From Polyangiales bacterium (GTDB lineage: Bacteria > Myxococcota_A > Polyangia > Polyangiales > Polyangiaceae): a stretch of DNA of 64,000 nt. Under the pieces are notes generated by a model that ran no database searches, was not told the DNA's origin, and saw only the letters and a list, made by a program, of their open reading frames with translations. Each line of letters starts with the position of its first letter. The stretch's first letter is position 1. Location: positions 101,045-165,044 of the forward strand of contig JBBRNJ010000008.1 of the NCBI GenBank assembly GCA_038230375.1, given 5' to 3'. The position numbers and the translations under genes are program-made. Of this stretch, positions 48,892 to 60,998 are shown in pieces.

Positions 48892-50232
48892 ATGATCCTG
48901 AACCGCTCCTCGTCCCTTTCGACGTTCGTCCTCTCCTTGATCGCCACCACGGCATGCGTCGCAGCGTGCGGAGGCTCGACTGTCACGAACAATGGCGGGG
49001 GAACGGCGGACACGGCGGATTCGGGCACAGGGACGGGAGCGGGAACGGGAACGAAGGATGCCGGCGTGACAGCTCCGGTCGACAATGGGGCGCCGAGCGA
49101 GAAGTACCCCGCGCCGCACCCGGCGGCGCCGCAGCTCGCGAACCTCGGAGGCGACGTGATGACGGCCCCGCACCTCATCCCGGTGTTCTTCCCGAACGAT
49201 CCGAACGAGGCGAACCTCATGTCGTTCATCAAGTCATTCCCGACGAGCTCCTTCTTCTCGGCCAACACGTCCGAGTACGGCGTGGCCGCCGGCACGGCGG
49301 CGGACGCGATCGACATCGCCGACGCTCCCGCGGCCAGCCTGAACGACAACGACATCCAGACGTGGCTCGCCGCGCAGATCGACAAGAAGACGCCGGGGTT
49401 CGACGGCGCGCTCGACAACAACACGCTCTTCATTCTCTTCTACCCGCAGTCGACGACCATCTCCCTCGGCGGTGGCGGCGGCGGCCAGTCGCTCAGCTGC
49501 CAGTCGTTCGGCGGCTACCACGACAGCTTCACCCACGGCGGTCAGGAAGTCGCTTACGCGGTCGTCCCGCGGTGCCCCGGCTTCGCGGGCAAGGGGCAGA
49601 GCGTCGTCGACGTGACCACCGGCTCCACCAGCCACGAGATCCTCGAGGCGGCCACGGACCCGCACCCGCAGACCAACCCGGCGTACGGCCAGCCCGACGA
49701 CGCGCACGTCTTCTGGTCGTTCCTCCTTGGTGGCGGTGAGGACGGCGACATGTGCGCGCAGTTCCCCGATTCGTTCGTGAAGGATCCGGGCGTGGGCTTC
49801 ACCGTGCAGCGCTCGTGGTCGAACAAGGCCGCAGCCGCGGGTCACGATCCCTGCGTCCCGCAGAACGTGGGCGAGGTCTACTTCAACAGCGCCGTGAAGC
49901 TCCCCGACGTGGCCGACCTGGGCCAGGGCTTCTCGTCTCCTGCGATCACGATGCCGGTCGGCAGCAGCAAGACCGTCGAGGTCGATCTCTTCAGCGATGC
50001 GAAGACCTCCGGTCCGTGGACCGTCGAGGCCTTCGACGAGTCCTCGTTCGGCGGCGGTCCGAGCTCGCTCGACTTCGCGTGGGACCGCTCGAGCGGCGTC
50101 AACGGCGAGAAGCTCCACCTCACGGTCACGCTGAAGAGCAAGCCGCAGCAGGGAGCAGCGGGGTTCTTCATCGTGTCGAGGCTCGGCAAGGAAGAGCACA
50201 TGTGGCTCGGCCTGGTCGCCGTCGGCAAGTAG
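48892..50232 (+). CDS. Lipoprotein with Phi-1/EXORDIUM-like domain (paralog of 16542..17876)
   Basis: Lipobox VAAC; GGYH, SHEILEAATDP, EDGDMC and VQRSWSNKAAAAGHDPCVP. Confidence 0.7.
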   Translation: MILNRSSSLSTFVLSLIATTACVAACGGSTVTNNGGGTADTADSGTGTGAGTGTKDAGVTAPVDNGAPSEKYPAPHPAAPQLANLGGDVMTAPHLIPVFFPNDPNEANLMSFIKSFPTSSFFSANTSEYGVAAGTAADAIDIADAPAASLNDNDIQTWLAAQIDKKTPGFDGALDNNTLFILFYPQSTTISLGGGGGGQSLSCQSFGGYHDSFTHGGQEVAYAVVPRCPGFAGKGQSVVDVTTGSTSHEILEAATDPHPQTNPAYGQPDDAHVFWSFLLGGGEDGDMCAQFPDSFVKDPGVGFTVQRSWSNKAAAAGHDPCVPQNVGEVYFNSAVKLPDVADLGQGFSSPAITMPVGSSKTVEVDLFSDAKTSGPWTVEAFDESSFGGGPSSLDFAWDRSSGVNGEKLHLTVTLKSKPQQGAAGFFIVSRLGKEEHMWLGLVAVGK

Positions 50233-50320
50233 AGCCCATTCACCCGCGTTTGCGACCCTCGTGCCGAGGTCGTCGTCGATGTCGGTGGCGCGGCCCCTAT
50301 TTCGTCGCTATGCATTCTGG

Positions 50321-50707
50321 ATGAAGACCGCAGGCAAAGAGCAGATCGAGAAGCTCACCAAGAAGTGGTACGGCGCGACGGCGTTCGCGATTCTCGTCGG
50401 CTTCCTGTTCCTCGGTTCCGGGCTCATTGGCGCTGCCATCGGCCTCGCCGTGAGCATTGCCATCGTCTTCTTCATCGGAAGGAAGCTCGGCGCGGGGTCT
50501 TCTGGGATGCGCACCTTCTGCCTTGCCATGGGCGTTCTCGGCATGGCGATGCATGGCTTCGCCGCGTACCGCTTCGGCACGAGCTTCCTGGCGACGCGCA
50601 CCCTGAACGATCTCGCGATGGCGGCGTCCCCCGTCGTCTACGTCTACATGAACGCAGTGTCCCTGCGCGTGCTGCTGCGCAAGGACGTGCGTTCGCTCTT
50701 TGCCTGA
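50321..50707 (+). CDS. Hypothetical 4-TM membrane protein
   Basis: Four hydrophobic segments; high GC3. Confidence 0.65.
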   Translation: MKTAGKEQIEKLTKKWYGATAFAILVGFLFLGSGLIGAAIGLAVSIAIVFFIGRKLGAGSSGMRTFCLAMGVLGMAMHGFAAYRFGTSFLATRTLNDLAMAASPVVYVYMNAVSLRVLLRKDVRSLFA

Positions 50708-50835
50708 AGGCGGCTGATCCTCATCGCTGCGAGCACGATCACCGTGGCGCGGAGAGATCGACCATCGACGAGGAAAAGCGGCTTCTTCATCGACTCCTAC
50801 ACTATCACGCCCTCCGCCTCGGGTACGCTGCCCGC

Positions 50836-51996
50836 ATGCGTATCCGCTTCCCCGACGACACCGACGCCCGCGAGAAGGCCGCGCGCGCAAAGACCGTACG
50901 TGCCATCGACGCATTCTGGAAAGCGCTCCGCAAGAAGGCGGACGCGCTCGACGCGCTCTTCTCCGGCAAGAAGAAATGGGACCTGCCGCGGTTCATGCAC
51001 GAGAAGCTCGGCCCGGTCGACCGCCGGCTCATGTGGGAGTTCGGCAGCGGGCTCGTCAAGAAGAGCGGGCATCGGCTCGTGATCACGCCAGAGTCGGAGC
51101 TCGCGCTGTCGCCGCTGCGCGATCTGCTGCTGTCTCGGGCGCCGAAGATCCCGCGGTTCGAGCTCTACCCAGCCCGCGTGCCCGATTCCCTCGCGATGGT
51201 GGCTCCGACGGTGGAGGCGCGGCTCGGTCATCCGCTGCCCGCGATGAGCGCGGTCGTCACGAAAGGTGAGGACGCGACGATCGATCTCCTCTTCCTCGTC
51301 GAGGGGTGCAAGGGCAAGGACGACGCAGACGCGGAGGCCGCAGCGTTCGTGGTCGCAGAGACGTTGCTCGGCGAGGAGATCCTCTCACGCGACGTCGGCA
51401 TTCTCGCGGTCGCGCGGCCAGGAAAGGCTCGGGGCGCCGTTGCCCTCGCCAAGCTACGCCCCGCAGTGAAGAAGGCGCTCGCGGCGCGCGACGCGAAGAA
51501 GCCCAGGCACCCATGCACGAAGACCGGGGCCGCCACGTACACGCTGTTCAAGGTGGAGCCCGAGAAGGGCGCGGCCACGGCCCAGGACGATCTCGTGGTC
51601 GGGCTCACACGGCGCACGGACGTCTTTCGCGCCACGCACGGCAACAGTACCCCGTTCTTCTCCGAGAGATTCTCCCGTCACGGGGAGACGTTCGCCTACG
51701 TGAAGATCGACGGAGCGAAGGGGCTCGAGAAGAGCGCCTACGAGGATCGCGAAGACGTCGAGGACGCGATCACGCGTGCGCTCGGAAAACACGGCGCGGT
51801 GATCGGCGGCGGAACCGGCCTGCGTTACTCCTACGTGGAGCTCGCGCTCATGGACGCCGACGCTGCGCTCCCTCGCATCCGCGAGGAGCTTCGCCGCGGG
51901 AAGCTCCCGAAGCGAAGCTGGATTCTCTTTCACGACGCGACCCTCGCGGACGAGTGGCTGCCGATCTACCCGAACGGCCCGCGCCCGCCGCGCTGA
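50836..51996 (+). CDS. Hypothetical cytoplasmic protein
   Basis: High-GC3 ORF from MRIRFPDD; IDAFW..LMWEFG..LVITPE and IGGGTGLRYSYVELAL. Confidence 0.7.
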   Translation: MRIRFPDDTDAREKAARAKTVRAIDAFWKALRKKADALDALFSGKKKWDLPRFMHEKLGPVDRRLMWEFGSGLVKKSGHRLVITPESELALSPLRDLLLSRAPKIPRFELYPARVPDSLAMVAPTVEARLGHPLPAMSAVVTKGEDATIDLLFLVEGCKGKDDADAEAAAFVVAETLLGEEILSRDVGILAVARPGKARGAVALAKLRPAVKKALAARDAKKPRHPCTKTGAATYTLFKVEPEKGAATAQDDLVVGLTRRTDVFRATHGNSTPFFSERFSRHGETFAYVKIDGAKGLEKSAYEDREDVEDAITRALGKHGAVIGGGTGLRYSYVELALMDADAALPRIREELRRGKLPKRSWILFHDATLADEWLPIYPNGPRPPR

Positions 51997-52017
51997 GGAC
52001 TTCGAGCATCGATGGGT

Positions 52018-52422
52018 TCACGGGTAGACCGTGGTCTTGTCACCGCCGTCGGGCGTGGACGTGTCGGGCACGTCTGCGTCGGGCGCGCCCGCATCCGGAT
52101 CGCTCGGCGGCGTGGGGTTGCCGCCGTCCGCAGTGGGACCCGCGTCGGTCTTCGGGGTGCCGCTGTCAGTGCCGGGCGCGCCGCCGTCTTGCGCCGGAGG
52201 GCTCACGCCGCCGTCGTCATGCGAGTCGTGCGTCGTCACCTGCGTGTGCTTGTCCGTCGGGAGGATGTCCCGCACCGCGCCGTTGCGCGTGTCCTCGGCG
52301 CCCGAAGACTGCGCGGCCTCGTTCGAGTCCGTCTGGGACTCGGACCCGGTGTCCTGGCCAAGTCCGCACGCGACGGTGGAAGCAAGAAGTGCGAAGCCGA
52401 GGAGTGCGTGGAAGCGGTTCAT
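52018..52422 (-). CDS. Small low-complexity lipoprotein
   Basis: Lipobox TVAC; multiple DGG/DAG/DSG motifs; GGAG RBS. Confidence 0.7.
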   Translation of the reverse strand: MNRFHALLGFALLASTVACGLGQDTGSESQTDSNEAAQSSGAEDTRNGAVRDILPTDKHTQVTTHDSHDDGGVSPPAQDGGAPGTDSGTPKTDAGPTADGGNPTPPSDPDAGAPDADVPDTSTPDGGDKTTVYP

Positions 52423-52479
52423 GGTGACTATCTCCGGTGGGGAAGGGCGGTGCGTCTCGCGCGCCGTGATAGGTACTTC

Positions 52480-52495
52480 TGCAAGCGGAGGGCCA
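52480..52495 (-). promoter_or_regulatory. sigma54 promoter
   Basis: Minus strand TGGCCCTCCGCTTGCA, about 58 nt before the ATG at 52422. Confidence 0.65.
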
Positions 52496-52617
52496 GGTGC
52501 GGCGCATCGCGAACAGGCTTGTTTTCGCGGACGAACGTGTCGCGGGCGGGTGTATCCGTATCAGGCGCGAGCGATACGCCCGATACACCCGCGCCCGCCC
52601 GCGGTACGCTCGCGTCA

Positions 52618-53475
52618 ATGGCGCCGAACCCGCAATTCATCCAGGCGAACGGGCTGCGCTTTGCGTACCTGGAGGAAGGGAAGGGCCCGCTGGTTCTCCT
52701 CCTCCACGGGTTCCCGGACACGCCTCACACCTGGGACGACGTGCGGCCCGCCGTCGCGGCGCTGGGGTTTCGCGCGGTGTCGCCCTTCACGCGCGGCTAC
52801 ACGCCGACCGAGATCCCGAAGACGGAGGACTATGGTGCGGACACCCTTGGCGCGGATGTACTTGCGCTGATCACCGCGCTCGGAGAGGAGAGCGCGATCG
52901 TCATCGGCCACGACTGGGGCGCAGGCGCGGCGTACTCCGCAGCGGCGCTCGAGCCGGCGCGCGTGCGTCTGCTCGTGACCATCGCGATCCCGCACGCGGC
53001 GTCGGTGATACCCACGCCGTGGCTGCTCTGGACGGTGCGTCACTTCTTCACGCTGAGCCGTGCAGGCGCGGCGGCAAAGATCCGTGCCGGTGACATGGCG
53101 CATATCGACGAGCTCGTGCATCGGTGGTCGCCCGCGTGGGACGTCCCGGCTGGCGAGACCGAGGCTGTGAAGCGCGCGTTCCGCGAGCCAGGATGTCTGG
53201 AGGCGGCGCTTGGCTATTACCGCGCGCTCTCACCGCGACTCCCAAGATCCCAGCGTGCCAAGACCACGGTCCCCGCGGTCGCGTTCGCGGGAGAGAACGA
53301 TATGATCGACCCGAGCATGTACGAGCGCGCACGCCGCTGCTACACCGAGAGCTACGAGGTCGTGAAGATGCCTGGTGGGCACTTCATGCATCGCGAGCAC
53401 CCCGAGCACTTCATCCGGGAGCTATCGCGCGTCCTCGAACCTCATCGTGCGAAGGCTGAACCAGATGCGCAGTAA
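52618..53475 (+). CDS. Alpha/beta hydrolase, epoxide hydrolase subfamily
   Basis: LHGFPD, GHDWGA, YYRA and GHFMHRE motifs. Confidence 0.9.
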   Translation: MAPNPQFIQANGLRFAYLEEGKGPLVLLLHGFPDTPHTWDDVRPAVAALGFRAVSPFTRGYTPTEIPKTEDYGADTLGADVLALITALGEESAIVIGHDWGAGAAYSAAALEPARVRLLVTIAIPHAASVIPTPWLLWTVRHFFTLSRAGAAAKIRAGDMAHIDELVHRWSPAWDVPAGETEAVKRAFREPGCLEAALGYYRALSPRLPRSQRAKTTVPAVAFAGENDMIDPSMYERARRCYTESYEVVKMPGGHFMHREHPEHFIRELSRVLEPHRAKAEPDAQ

Positions 53476-54199
53476 CCGATCCGTCGCCATCAACGTGATT
53501 CTGCAGCTCTCGCTCGCCGCAGGCCTGCCTCTGGGCTGCTCGAAGGCAAGTACGACAGACGCGCCCGTGCCCTCCGCCCCTTCCACGGCAACGAGCGCGG
53601 TTGCGCCTTCCGACACGAACGCAGCTGCGCCCGCCTCCGCAGGCTCCAGTGCGGCCGCGACCCCCTCCGCCACACCGAGCCACCAGGCGGCCACGGCCAC
53701 GCCGAGCGCCGTCTCCACATCGCATGCGGCGTCCGCTGCGATCACGCCGCCCACCGCAAGCGCGCCTGGAACCCCAAGCGTGCCGGCCGTGGCAAGCGCG
53801 GCTCCCGGACCCGTGCAGTATGCAACTACCTCCGCGAGCGGCAATCACTACAATGCGGTCGTCTCGGCTCGTACGGAGTGTGCCGTGGGCGGCGAGTGCA
53901 CCGGCACGATCACGCTGACCGCAACGGGCGGCTACCACATCAACGACGAGTACCCGTACCGCTTCGTGGTCGACCAGGCGCCGGGCGCGGAGTGGCTGGT
54001 GTCGGACGGGAAGGGCTTCGGCAAGAGCACCGGCGACTTCAAGAAGACCGCGCCGACCGTTGCGGAGCTCGCGCTGCGCTACCGCGGCAAGCAGGTCGGG
54101 CCCGCGCGTCTCTCAGGCACGTACAAGATGAGCATCTGCTCGGAGGCGAACTGCCAGGTCGAGACCGTACCGCTCAGCGTGAGCGTCAACTTCCGCTGA
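53465..54199 (+). CDS. Lipoprotein with Ala/Ser/Pro linker and DsbD-N-like Ig domain
   Basis: Lipobox PLGC; GYHINDEYP...SICSEANC. Confidence 0.65.
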   Translation: MRSNRSVAINVILQLSLAAGLPLGCSKASTTDAPVPSAPSTATSAVAPSDTNAAAPASAGSSAAATPSATPSHQAATATPSAVSTSHAASAAITPPTASAPGTPSVPAVASAAPGPVQYATTSASGNHYNAVVSARTECAVGGECTGTITLTATGGYHINDEYPYRFVVDQAPGAEWLVSDGKGFGKSTGDFKKTAPTVAELALRYRGKQVGPARLSGTYKMSICSEANCQVETVPLSVSVNFR

Positions 54200-54219
54200 C
54201 CCCGTGCGAGGATGTTCGC

Positions 54220-54900
54220 GTGACCCATCTGTCAGAGCATCAGCGCGCCGCGATAGCCGGAGCGTTCTCGTTCTACGCAGCTCTCGCCGACAAAGATCGC
54301 GAGCGGTTCGAGGCGCAGGTGACCGACTTTCTTGCGACGAAGGACTTCCGTTCTGACGTGGACGAGATCGATGAGCACACGCGCCTGTTGTTTGCCGCGC
54401 TCGCATGTCGCCTCACCATGAACATCGAGGGCAGGCAGTACGGACGCCTTGCGACGATCAGCATCGTGGAGTCGCTTGCGGACGACAATGGCGCTGTCCT
54501 CGACGGTGTCGCCAGCGGCAGGATGATCGCGACCGTGACGGTCACCCGCAGCGCGCTGCAGCAGGCGTTTCGCGAGGACGACGACGGGAGCAACATCGTC
54601 TTCCATGAACTCGCGCACGTGCTCGAGGGCGCCGACGGCATCTGCGATGGCATCCCGCCTTTGCTCCTGGAGCCTGGCCTCCGCGTGCGCTGGCGCGACG
54701 TGCTCGATCGCGAACTCGCACGCCTGCGGGCGGCGGTGTCCATGAAGATCCCGACCGCCGTGTTGCCCTACGGCGCGACGAGCGACATCGAATTGTTCGC
54801 GGTGGCCACCGAGGCATTCTTCGAGCGCCCGTTGAAGCTACGCAACGCGCACCCCGACCTCTACGAGCTGCTCGTATCCTTCTACCGCCAGCGCCCCTGA
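54220..54900 (+). CDS. M90 (MtfA-like) zinc peptidase
   Basis: NIVFHELAH and YGATSDIELFAVATEAFFERP motifs. Confidence 0.88.
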   Translation: MTHLSEHQRAAIAGAFSFYAALADKDRERFEAQVTDFLATKDFRSDVDEIDEHTRLLFAALACRLTMNIEGRQYGRLATISIVESLADDNGAVLDGVASGRMIATVTVTRSALQQAFREDDDGSNIVFHELAHVLEGADGICDGIPPLLLEPGLRVRWRDVLDRELARLRAAVSMKIPTAVLPYGATSDIELFAVATEAFFERPLKLRNAHPDLYELLVSFYRQRP

Positions 54901-54908
54901 GCGCTGGC

Positions 54909-55508
54909 TCAGTGAGCGACCTTCGCGAACTCGGACAGGACGTCGCCGATGCCGTGGACATATGTCTTGCCGTCGTCCTGGCAGTAGTAAAAATCGTCGT
55001 AGAGGACCTTGTCGCCAGCCGTCGTGGTGTACGTCACGGTCTGCTCGGGCGCGTCGGCGCCGCACATCTGCTTCGTGGTGACGGCGATTGCGTGCAGCGC
55101 CGCCTCCACCGGGGCGCTGTCCGCGGCGCTCAATGTCTTCGTGCCCATGTCGTACGCGTAGAGGCCGCCGTCGATCATCGCGCACACCTTCCACGTGAGC
55201 TCGCGCGCGGGAAGCGTGAGCGTGTACGTCGTGTCCGCAGGTGAGCACGTCGACCCGTCCTGTAGTCCAGGCCCAAAGCCGCCCTTCGAGGACGCGACGA
55301 TCTTGGTCGCGTCCGCGGGAAAAAGGTCCGTACCGCCGTCGGCGAGCAAACCACCGTCCGCGAGCGAGCCGCCCTCCGCCGAGCTGCCATCCGGCCCCGG
55401 CCCTCCATCGGAGCCCGAGGTGCCTCCGGTACTGGTGGTGCCGCCGCACGCGTAGGCGGCGAAGGCAAGGGAAGCAACAAGCGACAAGACAACGATGCGA
55501 CGGCTCAT
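54909..55508 (-). CDS. Hypothetical lipoprotein
   Basis: Lipobox AYAC; DGG linker; CGADAP. Confidence 0.7.
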   Translation of the reverse strand: MSRRIVVLSLVASLAFAAYACGGTTSTGGTSGSDGGPGPDGSSAEGGSLADGGLLADGGTDLFPADATKIVASSKGGFGPGLQDGSTCSPADTTYTLTLPARELTWKVCAMIDGGLYAYDMGTKTLSAADSAPVEAALHAIAVTTKQMCGADAPEQTVTYTTTAGDKVLYDDFYYCQDDGKTYVHGIGDVLSEFAKVAH

Positions 55509-55519
55509 ACCCCCCGCTA

Positions 55520-55535
55520 CGCAAGCCCCGTACCT
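55520..55535 (-). promoter_or_regulatory. sigma54-like promoter
   Basis: Minus strand AGGTACGGGGCTTGCG, 12 nt before the ATG. Confidence 0.45.
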
Positions 55536-55786
55536 CGCACGAAACAGCCAAAAACAAGCCACTTCATCCAAAGTGCACACTGCACCCTCTGATCGCGTCG
55601 TCCGGCCGTGGCACAACTCCGCGAAGCGAGAGGTCAAAGAGTGAAAACAACGTCGGATCGGGCGCGAGGCGCCCACCAGGCAAGGCTTCGGCCGAGCACC
55701 GCGCGGAACGTACTCCTGTACGTGAGCACGGAGCGCAGGTCGAAACGAAGCCTAGCGGGATGCCTCGGGCCCGAGGCGGCGTTGTT

Positions 55787-59395
<3,609 letters not shown>

Positions 59396-59654
59396 TGCTC
59401 GCCCCGTCGACTGTCTTCTTTGCAAGAGCGTGCGTTTCCCCGTCCCTGAGCCGGCCAAGCCCTACCAGAGAACCGACCTTGAACGTACGTTCAGGTCTAC
59501 CACGGGTCAACGTGTGCGCTTTGCAAATGTACCGCTCCCCACCTGTTCACCCCTGCATGCCGGAGGCGTACCAACATCCCGCCCGTTCAGTCCGGTCCAG
59601 CACTGCTGACGGGGGAGGAGCACACCCGTCAACGAAGAGGAATATCGCTTCTAC

Positions 59655-59702
59655 CCCCAATATCTAGTGCGTGCAAAGAAATATGGATACTCCATCTCGT
59701 AT
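59655..59702. promoter_or_regulatory. NrdR box with a possible degenerate second box
   Basis: CCCCAATATCTAGTGC (59655-59670) matches acaCwAtATaTwGtg; ATACTCCATCTCGTAT offset by 32 bp. Confidence 0.7.
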
Positions 59703-59960
59703 TTCGTCGCGACCGCCGTGCCGACAGGGGTGCCTGTCCGTTCACGTGGTCGGGTGTGATTCTGGGCCCCATGGAAAGCCTACGGAAACACTGAACTCCC
59801 GGCACGCGCTGTACACAGGTCTCCCCCAGAGACACCTCAACTTACAACCACCACCCCCACCGGTTGTACACACCTTGCTCGATCCGCTGGACGTCCAACC
59901 CACGGTAGGGGCGACAAACGGCGGATCCAAACCAAGCGTGAGGCGCGGTAGAACGGCGAG

Positions 59961-60998
59961 GTGGCGCAGGTGACGGCGAAGCCCAGGGAGGAAGCGGCAC
60001 GCGTCCCGTGGCTCGACCGCCTGCGCGGAGTTGCGTCGATCGGAATGGTGGTGGTCCACGTCACCCACGCCGTGCTCCGCGACGATCTCCGCGCGACGCC
60101 CGGCTTCCGCATCGCCGACATGGCGTTCGGGCTCGTGGCGCCTGCCTTCCTCTTCTGCGTGGGCGCATCGTTCGCGCTACGGCCGGCGGGTCCGCTGCGC
60201 CCGCGCCTCCTGCGCGCCGCGGGGCTCTTCGTGCTTGGCTACGCAATGCACGCGAGCGGCCTCGTCGGGTACGTACGTACGGGCGCCCCCGCTGAGCTCG
60301 CCCTGTTTTTCCAGTCCGACATCCTCCAGGTGATCGCATTCGCGCTCGCGATCCTCGCTGGCCTCGCGACGGTCGCGCCCGTGCGGTGGCCGTTGGTGGC
60401 GCTCGCCCTGGGAACGTTGGTGCTCGTTCTTGGACCGTTCATCGGCGACGTCGGCGTGCGCGCACCCGCCCCGATCGCGCCGTACCTCACGGTGGCCGTC
60501 GCGACGCAATTCCCCTTGTTTCCCTGGCTCTCGTACGCGTTGGTTGCTGCGGGCGCCCGCGGGCTGGCCCTGCGCGGACGCTCCGCAGAAGGCGACCTGC
60601 TGGTCCTCATCGGCGGTGCCGTCGTCGCTGCGCTCGTCCTCTTGTTCTTGCCGCTCCCCCCTCACGATCGCTATCGAACCGGGCCGGCGAACGCAGCGCT
60701 TCGGTTCGCGATCGTCGCGTTCCTCGGGTGGGCGCTCGGACGTGCCCGCCTGCATGGACGCCTGGATGCATTGCTAGGGCTCCTTGGACGTCGCTCTCTC
60801 TTCCTCTACGTCGTGCACGTCGCGCTCGTGTATGGCCGCCATCCGCTGAGCTTGCGCTCACGCATCGGCCCGGAGCTCGATGTCCCTGGCGTCGTGCTCG
60901 CGGTGACCGCGACGCTCGTGGCCATGACGCTCCTCACGTGGGGGTGGGACGCCTTTCTGCATAGAACTTCCGTGTCGCGACACCGTGTGAGAAGCTGA
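59961..60998 (+). CDS. DUF1624/HGSNAT-like membrane acyltransferase-family protein
   Basis: LDRLRG, APAFLF, DILQVIA, FPLFPW and GRRSLFLYVVH motifs. Confidence 0.8.
   Translation: MAQVTAKPREEAARVPWLDRLRGVASIGMVVVHVTHAVLRDDLRATPGFRIADMAFGLVAPAFLFCVGASFALRPAGPLRPRLLRAAGLFVLGYAMHASGLVGYVRTGAPAELALFFQSDILQVIAFALAILAGLATVAPVRWPLVALALGTLVLVLGPFIGDVGVRAPAPIAPYLTVAVATQFPLFPWLSYALVAAGARGLALRGRSAEGDLLVLIGGAVVAALVLLFLPLPPHDRYRTGPANAALRFAIVAFLGWALGRARLHGRLDALLGLLGRRSLFLYVVHVALVYGRHPLSLRSRIGPELDVPGVVLAVTATLVAMTLLTWGWDAFLHRTSVSRHRVRS

Noticed and set aside
59396..59960. Cobalamin riboswitch upstream of nrdJ
   Set aside because: I could not find the GGGAA, GCCACTG or B12-box elements on the minus strand; cmscan would settle it
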